NCBI GenBank assembly: GCA_002269645.1
Contig: NIVC01002882.1
Location: 68,137-132,136 of the forward strand
DNA from: Macrostomum lignano
Lineage: Eukaryota
DNA length: 64,000 bases
Direction: 5' to 3'
Positions 39,126-53,000 of this stretch are shown piece after piece. Positions within the stretch are counted from its first letter, which is position 1, and every line of letters begins with the position of its first letter. Position numbers and translations under genes: made by a program. The notes below the pieces were generated by a model. It was given only the letters and a program-made list of their open reading frames with translations. It did not search any database and was not told the origin of the DNA.

Positions 39126-40439
39126 CCAAACAGACAGAATGCTGTCTAGACTCCAAGTCTACAGCCTTACTAACAGTAGCACAGTTGGCAGCAAATGTCG
39201 AAATCCCCAAAACCCGCAGCTTTGCGGACTGGACGGGTTTGGCACCTGCGAGAAATGCTCAAATCTGTGCATTCAGGTGAGTCAGTGATACTATGACTTT
39301 GTAAAGATGACTTAATAAAATAAGTTTCACTTCCACAAACTGCGCAAATGTCGAAAAGCATTTACGTTTAAAGCATTTCATTTACAAATTTGATTTGTTC
39401 CGGCATTGGACGTTGTCCCAAGTTGTTATCAAAAATTTACGTAACTTGTGGGTCTGCATCTTACTGAAATAAAAAATAGCGTATAAAAATATCCGTGACG
39501 ATTAAAAGCAAGAAATTTGATAGTTTAATTTCTCAGAAAAGATGCAGATTAGTGCAGAATGAGTCTTCATTCCCGAAAATGCATTCCCTCACGTCAGTAG
39601 CAGACAGGCTTAAAAGCTGTTGCATTGGCCAGCTGCAGGACGCAGCACTGCTCACCTCATCTAGCAATTTTCTGTGCTTCAACCCTATCTACCAGCATTC
39701 TGCCTCCGCTCCAGCATGCTGGCAGCCTGTCGGACAGAGAGGTGAGGAGCGCCTGCCTGTTATGCCAGACGGGGGCGGCGGCCCCAGAATTGCCATGCAG
39801 ACCCCCCTGCTCTGCTCAAATACTCAGAGCCATATAACTATGGCAGCCATGCTGACTGTCCCAGGGATAGTGCTGGGCGGAAAAATATCCCTGTTGGTGG
39901 AGGGGGCGAGAGTCGACTGGAGGGGGAGAGGGAGAGAGGAAGGTTGGGGAGGCAGACAGGCAGGAGACAGGCCTGCATGGGAGGCGGAGGAGGCGGTGGG
40001 AACTCCAGGATTAAAGCGACAGAAAAGGTGTGCGGCTGCTGCTGCTCCAATGAGAGCTCCAGCAAACCGGCAGACTCAACAGTTCTGAGTTGAGCACCCC
40101 GTCCTGTCCAATACAATACTTGCTAGAAGTCAAAGGAATTACAACACAAACAGTGTTGGTGTTGGTCCCAAACGGAAGTAAGGAATAAACTAAACTAACA
40201 AATCTTTCTAGATCCGCAGACACCACAGCTGTGGGTAGCAAAGTACGGCATACGCTGCAGTCAAAAGCACTACTGGTCTGTTAGTATAAAACCGGTTGCA
40301 AGAAGCGTCTTCGAATTTGTAAAGGTAATTTTTAATATTTTAATTCGTTTATGTTTTGACTACGAGAGAAAATTAAAATTGTATCAATAAAACTTTTTAA
40401 ACCACATGGCTTCTTTATCATTCAACAGCCATACCTAAT

Positions 40440-41110
40440 AAACCTGACCAATTAGCAGTCAAATAAAACAGTTACCCCAATACACCTGGTCTAAAAGCAA
40501 TCAAATAAGATAGTTACCCCAATACACCCGGTCAATAAGCAGTCAATTAAAACAGCCACCCCAATACACCTGGTCAATAAGCAGTCAATTAAAACAGCCA
40601 CCCCAATACACCTGGTCAATTAGTAATCAATTAGAACAGCCACACCAATGCACCTGGTCAATTAATAATCAATTAGAACAGCCACACCAATACACCTGGT
40701 CAATTAGTAATCAATTAGAACAGCCACACCAATGCACCTGGTCAATTAGTAATCAATTAGAACAGCCACACCAATACACCTGGTCAATTAGTAATCAATT
40801 AGAACAGCCACCCCAATACACCTGGTCAATTAGTAATCAATTAGACCAGCCACACCAATACACCTGGTCAATTAGTAATCAATTAGAACAGCCACCCCAA
40901 TACACCTGGTCAATTAGTAATCAATTAGAACAGCCACACCAATACACCTGGTCAATTAGTAATCAATTAGACCAGCCACACCAATACACCTGGTCAATTA
41001 GTAATCAATTAGAACAGCCACCCCAATACACCTGGTCAATTAGTAATCAATTAGAACAGCCACACCAATACACCTGGTCAATTAGTAATCAATTAGAACA
41101 GCCACCTTAT
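40440..41110. repeat. 42-bp minisatellite CAATTAGTAATCAATTAGAACAGCCACACCAATACACCTGGT
   Basis: Direct reading; diverged units on the left. Confidence 0.95.
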
Positions 41111-41599
41111 ACACCTTTCTAATTAGCAGCCAAATAATACAGCAACAATAATACATATCCTTTTCCGAGCAGGCCTCGAAATACCGAAAGATGCAGCCAG
41201 ACTGTTAAAAATATTTTTGCTGAAAAAGTACGATATTTAGCATCGCGAAAGCAACCCGGGATGTCAAATAATACCTGCCGCTCGGTTTATCCACCAGAAT
41301 TTCCGAGTGTATTCATACACGCATTGTGAATCTTTGAATAGCTAGCTTTTTTTCCAAGAACGCGCCTCGTCGCGCGACGCAAATCAGCGGGAGTCTCAGG
41401 TGTGCTCATCCTCTTTTCCCAGTGGATTCTCTTTGATCTTGTCTGCTAGGATACTGCAGGTTTTGCTTGATTCTTGCCTAATTAAATCTATTCGTTATTT
41501 ATTAGCTCTGCTGTCCCGCAGGTGGCAATGAAATAAAAATCTTTTTTGTCCGTTGTAGCAAATCTCAGTAAATAAAATTATGTTTTAAAACACTTGCTC

Positions 41600-41614
41600 G
41601 GATAGATAGATAGG

Positions 41615-41691
<77 letters not shown>

Positions 41692-41700
41692 GGATAGATA
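41600..41700. repeat. (GATA)n microsatellite
   Basis: Direct reading. Confidence 0.95.
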
Positions 41701-41735
41701 AATCGATAACCGCCAGCTTCACTCGCACATGCAGC

Positions 41736-44188
41736 ATGTCTTCATCCAAGGCGGAGGACGGTCTCACAGAGGAGCAGATCGAGGAGTTCCGTGAGGCCTT
41801 CTCACTATTCGACAAGGATGGAGACGGCACCATCACGAACAAGGAGTTGGCAGTTGTCATGCAAGCTCTGGGACAAAATCCCACACCTGAGGAGCTTAAG
41901 GTGAGCCAAATCTAGTTTATGACTGAGTGAGCTAGCAGTCTAGATTATGACTGAGTGAACTCGCACTCTAGATTATGACTGAGTGAGCTAGCAGTCTAGA
42001 TTATGACTGAGTGAACTGGCAGTCTAGATTATGACTGAGTGAACTGGCAGTCTAGTTTATGACTGAGTGAACTAGCAGTCTAGATTATGACTGAGTGAAC
42101 TATCAGTCTAGATTATGACTGAGTGAACTAGCAGTCTAGATTATGACTGAGTGAACTAGCAGTCTAGATTATGACTGAGTGAACTAGCAGTCTAGATTAT
42201 GACTGAGTGAACTAGCAGTCTAGATTATGACTGAGTTAACTGGCACTCTAGATTATGACTGAGTGAACTGGCAGTCTAGTTTATGACTGAAATCATCGTC
42301 TACTTTCGAAGATCGCATGGCCATCTCTCTCTCTCCCCCAGTGGACAAAGCAGTTCGCCTGTACGCATACGCTATGACACAGCGACATTCTCAGAGATTA
42401 CAGAATACATTTGCTAATGAACCAATACCTAGGAGTGACTCTATACATGTATGCTTCTTTATATCGTGGAAAAAAGCTGCATGCATCTAAGAATTTTTGT
42501 GTCGCAGAGAGAGAGACAGAGAAGCAGATGGAAATGCATTACCAAACTGCATGCCAGTGCTCCCGCATATTACTCATCATTGCTAGCGACTGTGGGTTCC
42601 ATATAGGAACTTGATGGGATCTGTTCCGTGCAATCGCTACGAGAGGAGGCTGTACTCAATGCATTGAGAGCTCTTGCTAGCAATTTTATTTTGCATCATA
42701 GCAGCAGCTCCTACTCACGTGAGCACTGCGTCCCAGAGCCACATGAGTGGTTGGTGAAGGCCAAATTTATATTAATTCTTAATTAGTGATGCCCCATCAT
42801 TTCGGCTAGAGGATACGGCGTTTTATGCCGCCAGTTTGTAAAACTATTAATGCTCCAGTGGTATGAGGGGAATAGACCTGCGTTTAATGGGGTTTGACCT
42901 GGCGTGGGGATGAGGGAGGGCTGCCGCTGGGGCTGGGCGGGTTGGGGTGGGGTGCAAATAGGGATCGCAGTCTGATAATTGCTTTGAGTCTCAGAAAAAC
43001 TGCGTTGCCATCTGCATTAACCTTGGTTCTCAACCATTCAGCGATGGAAGGCTGATGATGCAGAGGAGACTGTAGATGCTGTAAATGAGACGGTAGATGC
43101 TGTAGAGGGATACTGTAGATGCTGTAACTGAGATGGTAGATGCTTTAGATGAGACTATAGATGCTGCAGATGAGACTTTGATGCTGTAAATGAGACTGTA
43201 GATCCAGGTGTAGATGAGACTGTAGATGCTGTAGATGAGACTGTAGATGCTGTAGATGAGACTGTAGATGCTGTAGATGAGACTGTAGATGCTATAGGTG
43301 ATCACTGTAGATGCTGTAGATGAGTCTGTAGATGAGACTGTAGATGCTGCAGATGAGTTTGTAAATGAGACTGTAGATGCTATAGGTGATCACTGTAGAT
43401 GCTGTAAATGAGACTGTAGATGCTATAGGTGATCACTGTAGATGCTGTAAATGAGACTGTAGATGCTGTAGATGAGACTGCAGATGCTGTAAATGAGACT
43501 GTAGATGCTATAGGTGATCACTGTAGATGCTGTAAATGAGACTGTAGATGCTGTAGATGAGACTGTAGATGCTGTAGATGAGACTGCAGATGCTGTAGAT
43601 GAGACTGCAGATGCTGTAGATGAGACTGCAGATGCTGTAAATGAGACTGTAGATGCTGCCTTGTGGCTGTAAAAGTAGATGAGGCTGTATAAGGAAGGCA
43701 GCTGCACTCAGTGGTGCAGGACCTAAAAAATCAGTGACCTGTCAGCACTCCGCAACCCCAACAATCCCCAGGAGATGATCCGCGAGGTTGATCAGGACGG
43801 CTCCGGCAGCATTGAATTCGACGAATTTCTCGACATGATGAAGAAGCAAATGAACAGCTCCGACTCCGAGGAGGAGGTCCGACGCGCCTTCCGCCTGTTC
43901 GACGCTGACGGAGACGGCTTCCTGAGCGCCACCGAGCTGCGCCAGGTGATGCAGAACCTCGGCGAGAGGCTCACAGCCGAGGAGGTCGAGGCGATGATCG
44001 AGGAGGCTGACACCGACCGCGACGGCCAGGTGAGCTACGTAGAGTTTGCCAAGATCATGGGCGTCTGTGTTGGAGGCGGCGGTGGTGGCAGTGGCGGCGG
44101 CGGTGGCACCGACGAAGATCAAGGCGAACCCGGAGCGGCCACCGGCAGCGGCGGACCTTGCAGAAGCAAGGAGGGCACAGCTGTGTGA
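41736..44188 (+). CDS. Calmodulin-like protein (4 EF-hands, 193 aa) with Gly/acidic C-terminal extension; exons 41736-41900 and 43772-44188
   Basis: [29 protein letters not shown]...[10 protein letters not shown]|[20 protein letters not shown]...[13 protein letters not shown]...[13 protein letters not shown]; phase-0 GT-AG intron. Confidence 0.92.
41901..42290. repeat. 28-bp minisatellite starting at the calmodulin-like splice donor
   Basis: GTGA(G/A)CTAGCAGTCTAGATTATGACTGA, repeated. Confidence 0.95.
43055..43660. repeat. 21-bp minisatellite TGTAGATGCTGTAGATGAGAC (intronic)
   Basis: Direct reading. Confidence 0.92.
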
Positions 44189-44444
44189 CCAGCTGCGTGT
44201 AGACATTTTTGGTTTTATGTCGAATTTTTACAATCTGTTAACTCCTCACAAGTAACATTGGGTGATGACAAGCGCGAGTTTGCCAAGTAGGTCAGCTGTT
44301 CTTGTCATGTTCAACTCCAAAGAGATTGAAGCACGAGTCAAGAAAGAGTCAAGCCCAGTTCGTTTACCAGAATAGGAGCAGTGCATGGCGAAGACAGCTA
44401 GGGATTTTAATTGGATGAAGCAACCCTAAAATAAGCGCCTAGGT

Positions 44445-44910
44445 GTCTCTTGGGGGGCGCCTGTGTCTCTCGGTTGGCGCCCGTCTCTTGGTGGGTGCCC
44501 CTGTCTCTTGGTGGGTGCCCCTGTCTCTTGGTGGGCGCCCCTGTCTCTTGGTGGGTGCCCCTGTCTCTTGGTGGGCGCCCCTGTCTCTTGGTGGGTGCCC
44601 CTGTCTCTTGGTGGGTGCCCCTGTCTCTTGGTGGGTGCCCCGGTCTCTTGGTGGGCGCCCTTGTCTCTTGGTGGGCGCCCTTGTCTCTTGGTGGGCGCCC
44701 CTGTCTCTTGGTTGGCGCCCCTGTCTCTTGATTGGCGCCCCTGTCTCTTGGTGGGTGCCCCTGTCTCTTGGTTGGCGCCCCTGTCTCTTGATTGGCGCCC
44801 CTGTCTCTTGGTTGGCGCCCCTGTCTCTTGGTGGGTGCCTCTGTCTCTTGGTGGGTGCCTCTGTCTCTTGGTGGGTGCCCCTGTCTCTTGGTAGGTGCCC
44901 CTGTCTCTAG
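44445..44910. repeat. 20-bp minisatellite CCCTGTCTCTTGGTGGG(T/C)GC
   Basis: Direct reading. Confidence 0.95.
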
Positions 44911-45419
44911 CAGATGATACTCCAGATCCGTCAGTCAACTTTGGCCATAGATATTAAGCTACGATCATCGTCATAATTTGAAAGATAAATTATTAATTAC
45001 CATCCTATTTCGTCATAGTGAGTTATCAAAATTTAATGAAAAATTTTTCAGACATGTTGCCCAGTACAGTATAAAAGTTATTTATTTATCAAAACAGCTT
45101 TGTTATCTTTAAATGTAATTTAAAAATTTTGAAGCATTCAAATTTTTTGCCTAAATCTGTGTGCGCTTTTATGTTCAACAGATCAGACGAGAGGCTCTTT
45201 CTTCAAAGAGACGTACGTGTCTTCATTTATTTTGAATCGCGAAAAGTTTAACCCACAGCGCACAGTTAATAATTCTTATCGCATGTTGTTATTCACCAAG
45301 AAAATAAATAAGGGTAATATATTGCTATTTAAACGTAAAACGAATCACAAAATAATCTTTGTTCTTTTCTGAACATAAAGGAGCATGAAAGATCGGATTT
45401 AAAGGAAGCTTGAGCATAG

Positions 45420-45652
45420 AGGCTGTAATGGAGCCTGTAAAGGAGACTGTAAAGGCTGCAATGGAGACTGTAAAGGCTGCAATGGAGACTGTAAAGGCTG
45501 TACTGGAACCTGTAGAGACCTGTAGAGACTGTCAACATAACCTGTAGAGACCTGTAGAGACTGTCAACATAACCTGTAGAGACCTGTAGAGACTGTCAAC
45601 ATAACCTGTAGAGACCTGTAGAGACTGTCAACATAACCTGTAGAGACCTGTG
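45420..45652. repeat. Adjacent 21-bp and 32-bp tandem repeats
   Basis: GGCTGCAATGGAGACTGTAAA, then CTGTAGAGACCTGTAGAGACTGTCAACATAAC x4. Confidence 0.9.
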
Positions 45653-47008
45653 AAAAGTCTAGATTTCCATGAAAAGACCGTCTAAGGACTGAAAGGGACA
45701 AAAAAGAGATACTTGAAAGATTAATATAAATATGAATGATGTAATAATTTTTAGATAACAAAACAACTTGTAAGTAAACGAATAACATTCAGCTGTAATT
45801 AAATCACTTTTCCCAGTTTTTATTATCAAATTTACCATAAATTCACTTGCTGAAATACAATTCCAATTTTATATACGAGTATATTTTTTATTCCGCCATA
45901 ACATTTTGTTCACAACTTTAAGATACACAAACAGACGTAATTAGGGTTATGGTGCCACTATTAGTAGTATCAGTATTAGAAGTCGAAGATAACATTAAAA
46001 AAGACACGACAAGTAATAAAAATCGTTCAATAGTCGATATGCACTACTTATAGAGTTTTTCTACTCATAGCAGTAGTGCGATACGGGTAGGGGCAAAACA
46101 TGAGTTAGGAATGTGCAAGCAATAAAAGTGTCAATCAGCAAGGCAGAGCAGAAGTTTCTATTTACAAGTTACTGGACCCAATATCGATAAAAGAACATCT
46201 CCTCCAATGCCTCGCAGAGATGAAAGTACGACAAAATTGATTGAAAAATTTAAGCAGAAAAACACACACAGTGCCGATATGTTGTTCAATACATGCAAAT
46301 TGAGATTTTAGCTGTATATTGATATTTGATATTCAAAATTGTTTTGGAATGACTTGCGTAAAAACAATCGATACATGCGCTTGATACTACTGCAGGCACT
46401 TCTGCTGCATGGAGATGATTGATCAGTAAAACTGATGAAGATTTTGTAGATAGAAGAAATTGGCAACAAGTACCAAGTAGTTGACAAAATAGGAAAAACA
46501 CAGGTTAATAAAGAAAAAAGTTTACAAATTGAAAAACGTATACACAACTGACAAATATAGGAATGTGTTTAGAATAAATAATAGTGGAGTACAAGTGTCA
46601 GCTGTGAAGAAGAGAATCCGGCGTACTTTTAAAAGGAATGTACTTTTACATGACAGCAAAATTGTTTCGTATAAAAACCGTTGATTTGCAGCTGCTAAAA
46701 CTCAGTAAAGCAAAGTACAATATAGTTATAATTGGATAAGTTGTATTGAATTTCGTTGGACAATTTGCGCTTTGTTAAGTTTTTTTCGATACATATCGTC
46801 TCGCATTTTTTTGAAATTAAAAAAGCTATGATTTTGTTTTGAACTCTACTTAAATATATTCAGTAGTACCAATTCGGCTGACAAATTGTCCAAAAATTAT
46901 AAGTAGAGCTACTTACTAGTTAAACAGTAGTATTTGATATATATTGGTGATCGAATGTTCGCGAAAAGCAGACTATATAAATAATTTCTTTAATGATAAA
47001 AAAAGATG

Positions 47009-50000
47009 TTAAAAAGTCAGTTGACCGGTAAGCCAGGGTGAGACGAGGGCGAGGGCCACGGCTGCCAGAGTGGGCAGCAGGCTGGAAGCGGAGCCTTCAC
47101 GGCAGGTCAGCATCCGGTAGCTGCAATGGTAGAGTTGAGGTGCTGGTTGATACTGGTGTGGGGTGGTTTATTGTCAACAAACTGATCATGTGACTATCAT
47201 TATATCAATTATCTAATCAGGTGACTATTGTATCACCGATCTAATCAGGTGACTATTGTATCACTGATCTAATTACGTGACTATTGTATCACTGATCTAA
47301 TCAGGTGACTATTGTATCACTGATCTAATTACGTGACTATTGTATCACTGATCTAATCAGGTGACTATTGTATCACTGATCTAATTACGTGACTATTGTA
47401 TCACTGATCTAATCAGGTGACTAATGCATCACTGATCTAATCACGTGACTAATGCATCACTGATCTAATCACATGACTAATGCATCACTGATCTAATCAC
47501 GTGACTAATGCATCACTGATCTAATCACGTGACTATGAAATAACTGATCTAATCACGTGACTATTAAATCACTGATCTAATCACGTGACTATTAAATCAC
47601 TGATCTAATCACGAGACTATGAAATCACTGATCTAATCACGTGGCTATTAAATCACTGATCTAATCACGTGACCATTTACACGACCGATCTAGACAAAAA
47701 TGCCAGACAGAAAACCCAACTCACTAATTCTGCTCATTGTTAACCATCTTCTCGTAGTTCTGCGACACCATACCGCCGGCGTGGAACCAAATCGACACGT
47801 CGTTAAACGGATATTCGTAGCCCTGCCGGCACTCGCACTTGTAGCTGTCCAACGCAAAGCGATTATTAATAATCGGCACGCACTGAAAAATTGCAACCAA
47901 TTAGCAGGTGTGAAAGATAAACGCTAAACCCCGATTTGAGTGTCAGGCGAAAACATATCATCGAGGTCAATTAAGGATAAGGTGAACACGGGACTAACGG
48001 GAACGATGCTTACTAACTGGTCACCTTTGGCACCAATTAAATCGTCAAAGTTCGTCTTCTACCTGAGAAAGAGAAAAGAAGCACACAGCACTGGCTTCCG
48101 TGACGATTCCATCAGTGCCAAGGGCGGACTCGAGTCAGTTTGGTAGAAGTAGCGTTGTACATGCATTTATGTATTAGTTTGAGCATTTACTGTAGGTAAA
48201 ATATAACATACTTAACTGTTACTGAGTGGGTCTAACAGCTACTGACTCTGTGTCTAACAGTCACTGACCTCGTATCTAACAGCCACTGACCTCGTGTCTA
48301 ACAGCTACTGACCTCGTGTCTAACAGTCACTCTGTGTCTAAAAGTCACTGATCTCGTGTCTAACAGCTACTAACCTTGTGTCTAACAGTCACTGACCTCG
48401 TGTCTAACAGCTACTGACCTCGTGTCTAACAGTCACTCTGTGTCTAAAAGTCACTGACCTCGTGTCTAACAGCTACTGACCTCGTGTCTAACAGCTACTG
48501 ACTCTGTGTCTAACAGTCACTGACCTCGTGTCTAACAGCTACTGACTCTGTGTCTAACAGTCACTGACCTCGTGTCTAACAGTCACTGACCTCGTGTCTA
48601 ACAGCTACTGACTCTGTGTCTAACAGTCACTGACCTCGTGTCTAACAGTCACTGATCTCGTGTCTAACAGCTACTGACTCTGTGTCTAACAGCTACTGAC
48701 TCTGTGTCTAACAGTCACTGACCTCGTGTCTAACAGTCACTGACCTCGTGTCTAACAGTCACTGACCTCGTGTCTAACAGCTACTGACTCTGTGTCTAAC
48801 AGCTACTGACTCTGTGTCTAACAGTCACTGACCTCGTGTCTAACAGTCACTGACCTCGTGTCTAACAGCTACTGACTCTGTGTCTAACAGTCACTGACCT
48901 CGTGTCTAACAGTCACTCTGTGTCTAACAGTCACTGATCTCGTGTCTAACAGCTACTGACCTCGTGTCTAACGGTCACTGACCTCGTGTCTAACAGCTAC
49001 TGACCTCGTGTCTAACTGTCACTCTGTGTCTAAAAGTCACTGACCTCGTGTCTAACAGCTACTGACCTCGTGTCTAACAGTCACTGACATCGTGTCTAAC
49101 AGCTACTGACTCCGTGTCTAACAGTCACTGACCTCGTGTCTAACAGCTACTGACTCTGTGTCTAACAGTCACTGACCTCGTGTCAAACAGCTACTGACTC
49201 TGTGTCTAACAGTCACTGACCTCGTGTCTAACAGCTACTGACCTCGTGTCTAACAGTCACTGATCTCGTGTCTAACAGCTACTGAATTTGTGTCTAACAA
49301 TTACTCATTGTATCTAACAGCTACACACTGTGTCTAACACCAACAATGACAGTGTCTAGCAGCCATATATCTCGAAACCAGCCCCAGCCCCAGCCCCCAG
49401 ACTCACATAAGTAGTTTCATAGTGGCACGGGGCAGTGTTCTTAAAGTAATTAGCCTCGTAGAAGTTGGACGGGCACATGTTGATGTCCATCTTGGACAGG
49501 GGAACACTGACGGTCACCACACCGCTGAATTCCAAGGATTTGTAGGGCGATATGCCGAAAAATGGGACGGCAACGGTTATGACCCAGGCGTTAAGGTGAC
49601 GCTTGTTGGGGTCCTTGTCCTTGTTACAGTCAAAGTAGGGCTTGGACCAGTAGATGTCCTCGTATCTGGGCGCTCGATAATAGATCGGGAATCGCTGGAA
49701 AGGCTTAGACGAAGTGCCGTTCAGGTCGAAGCGAACGAACGGCTTGGTGACAAACTTCTCAAGACCGTAGGTGTTGGAGGCCCAGCGCTCTTTGAGTAGC
49801 TGGAGGGCGATGGGATATAAGAAGTAGCCATTGAAGATTATGAAGAATGAAGGATTACGACAAAAGGCGAATAGTGAAGCCTTTGAATGTAGATATGGGA
49901 TCTGGGAATATGGGATCTGGGAATATGGGATCTGGGATTATGGGATCTGGGAATATGGGATCTGGTATTATGGGATCTGTAAATATGATACCTAGGAATA

Positions 50001-53000
50001 TGGCCATATGGGATCTGGGGTAACATTTGGGAATATGGGATTCTAGATAATGAGATCTTGGAATATGGGATTTAGGACTTTTGGATCTGGGAACATGGGA
50101 TTCGGGATTATGGGATCTGGGAATATGGGATTTGGGACACTGGGATCTGGGAATAGGGATTGTGAAATTTAGGCATAGGGATTATGGCATCTGGGAATAG
50201 GGATTATGCTATCTGGGAATAGGGATTATGCTATCTGGGAATAGGGATTATGGGATCTGGGAATACGGATTATCGGAATTGGGAATGGGATTATGTGATC
50301 TGGGAATACGGATTATGGGATCTGGGAATAGGAATTATGAAATCTGGGCATATGGATTATGGGATTTGGGAATAGGGATTATGGGATCTGGGAATACGGA
50401 TTCTAAGACTAACCTTGAACCAGTCGCGCTCATAGTAGGCCCGAGCTGCCTCCCAGCCTGCAGCGTCCTCGGCAACAAAGCTTAGCTCGCGCTGTTTCTG
50501 ATCCGTCCGCTGCTCCGAACCCAGCTTGTAGGCCGTGGGACCAAAATACTCAACTTTGTTGCGCAATTTCGGATTAAAAAATGCGTCCCGATCGTAATAG
50601 ACACCAGACGACAAGATCCAGTGATCCGCCATGATGTTTGAGAACACCTCGCCATAGATCTGGTGCTCGTTCAGATATTTGTCACCATGGACACCGCCGT
50701 AGATTTCGTCCGGATTCACGTTCTGTTGGAAGGCGCTCAAGAAATGCGCCAACCTGATCGGTGATGGCGGAGGGTGGGGAACTGCGATTTATCACCTGAC
50801 AATTAAGGGGTAAATCAATAAAAAAATACAATTATAGAAGAAAGTCAAGACCCCTTTGGTAAAGACCAAAAAGAATGGTCTTTAGAGTCTAAGGACTTAA
50901 GAAGAATAGTCCTTGAAGAACCCGAGGACCTGGGAAGAATATTTCTTAAAACTAAGGCCCTTAAGAACCTAGGGAGAAAGGTCCTTAACGATCCGAGGAC
51001 CTAGGAAGAATGGTCCTTAACGATCCGAGGACCTAAGAAGAATGGTCCTTAACGATCCGAGGACCTAGGAAGAATGGTCCTTAACGATCCGAGGACCTAG
51101 GAAGAATGGTCCTTAACGATCCGAGGACCTAGGAAGAATGGTCCTTAACGATCCGAGGACCTAGGAAGAATGGTCCTTAACGATCCGAGGACCTAGGAAG
51201 AATGGTCCTTAACGATCCGAGGACCTAGGAAGAATGGTCCTAAACGATCCGAGGACCTAGGAAGAATGGTCCTTAACGATCCGAGGACCTAGGAAGAATG
51301 GTCCTTAACGATCCGAGGACCTAGGAAGAATGGTCCTTAACGATCCGAGGACCTAGGAAGAATGGTCCTTAACGATCCGAGGACCTAGGAAGAATGGTCC
51401 TTAACGATCCGAGGACCTAGGAAGAATGGTCCTTAACGATCCGAGGACCTAGGAAGAATGGTCCTTAACGATCCGAGGACCTAGGAAGAATGGTCCTTAA
51501 CGATCCGAGGACCTAGGAAGAATGGTCCTAAACGATCCGAGGACCTAGGAAGAATGGTTCTTAACGATCCGAGGACCTAGGAAGAATGGTCCTTAACGAT
51601 CCGAGGACCTAGGAAGAATGGTCCTTAACGATCCGAGGACCTAGGAAGAATGGTCCTAAACGATCCGAGGACCTAGGAAGAATGGTCCTAAACGATCCGA
51701 GGACCTAGGAAAAATGGTCCTTAAGAATCGGAGGGCTTGGGAAGAATGGTCCTTAAGAATCGGAGGGCTTGGGAAGAATGGTCCTTAAGAATCGGAGGGC
51801 TTGGGAAGAATGGTCCTTAAGAATCGGAGGGCTTGGGAAGAATGGTCCTTAAGAATCGGAGGGCTTGGGAAGAATGGTCCTTAAGAATCGGAGGGCTTGG
51901 GAAGAATGGTCCTTAAGAATCGGAGGGCTTGGGAAGAATGGTCCTTAAGAATCGGAGGGCTTGGGAAGAATGGTCCTTAAGAATCGGAGGGCTTGGGAAG
52001 AATGGTCCTTAAGAATCGGAGGGCTTGGGAAGAATGGTCCTTAACGATCCGAGGACCTAGGAAAAATGGTCCTTAACGATCCGAGGACCTAGGAAAAATG
52101 GTCCTTAAGAATCGGAGGGCTTGGGAAGAATGGTCCTTAAGAATCGGAGGGCTTGGGAAGAATGGTCCTTAAACAGCCGAGAACCTCTAAGTCAGCACAC
52201 CCAGACTCACCTCAGAGCAGTTCTCGCCTGCACCTCGAACTGTTTATCAGCACCGAAGCCGACTTCTCCGGGCAGCACCAGTCGATCCGGAGGCTGGGCA
52301 CCGCAGTTCTCAGGCGTGATAGATACGTACTGCCTCATCAAAGCTTTCACAGCGTTGTACCGATCAGAGGAGAAGCTGGACAGCCGGCCCAGGTAATAGA
52401 TATTCTGCTCGCCATAGTCGGCAATTGTTTCGATATTTCGCTTCACTCGAGATTTGCGCTCGTCTAACAGGCGCTGAGTGGCCTCGGGCAGCGGATGGCG
52501 CGGCAGCAGCTTAGTGCTGACAATGCTGGGACTGGCCGTGGAGTTCTGGGCAGCGGATGAGCCGCCCGTGGCATTCCTCAGATAGCTCACTGCGGCGGAC
52601 ACGGCAGACTTAGCCAGTTGGACAAATCGCCTGACCCCAGTTCGTTGCAGTTTAGCCTGAGCGGCCGCCTGCTGATCCTGACGGTCGTGCTCTTCAGCTC
52701 GAACCCGGAGCTCCGTCATGCTGCTGGCGTTGTACAGCCGCATCAGCTGGACTAGCAGCTTCACATCGTCAGCTGATCGTTTCCGGCGCCGATTGCCAGT
52801 TCCGGAATTGGAAATGCCCGACTGGGTGAGCCGGTGAATTCGCCATCTAACTGGGATGCACTCGAATCGTTTGGCCTCCTCGTCCGAGGCCTGCTCAATG
52901 TTGCGGCCAAGGAAGGGGCCGTTCTGCCAGTAGGGGTAGCGGAAACCCGGCAGGCAGTGGCACATGTAGCCGCCCCGTTGGAAACCGTAGCCGGGCAGGG

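Noticed and set aside
39495-40241. GC-rich ORFs between the fibrinogen and calmodulin genes
   Set aside because: No recognisable motif; the one well-bounded minus-strand exon candidate (~39660-39715) has stops in all three frames.
43742-44206. Antisense ORFs over the calmodulin, fibrinogen and Undicht-like exons
   Set aside because: Shadow frames of GC-rich codon usage on the real coding strand.
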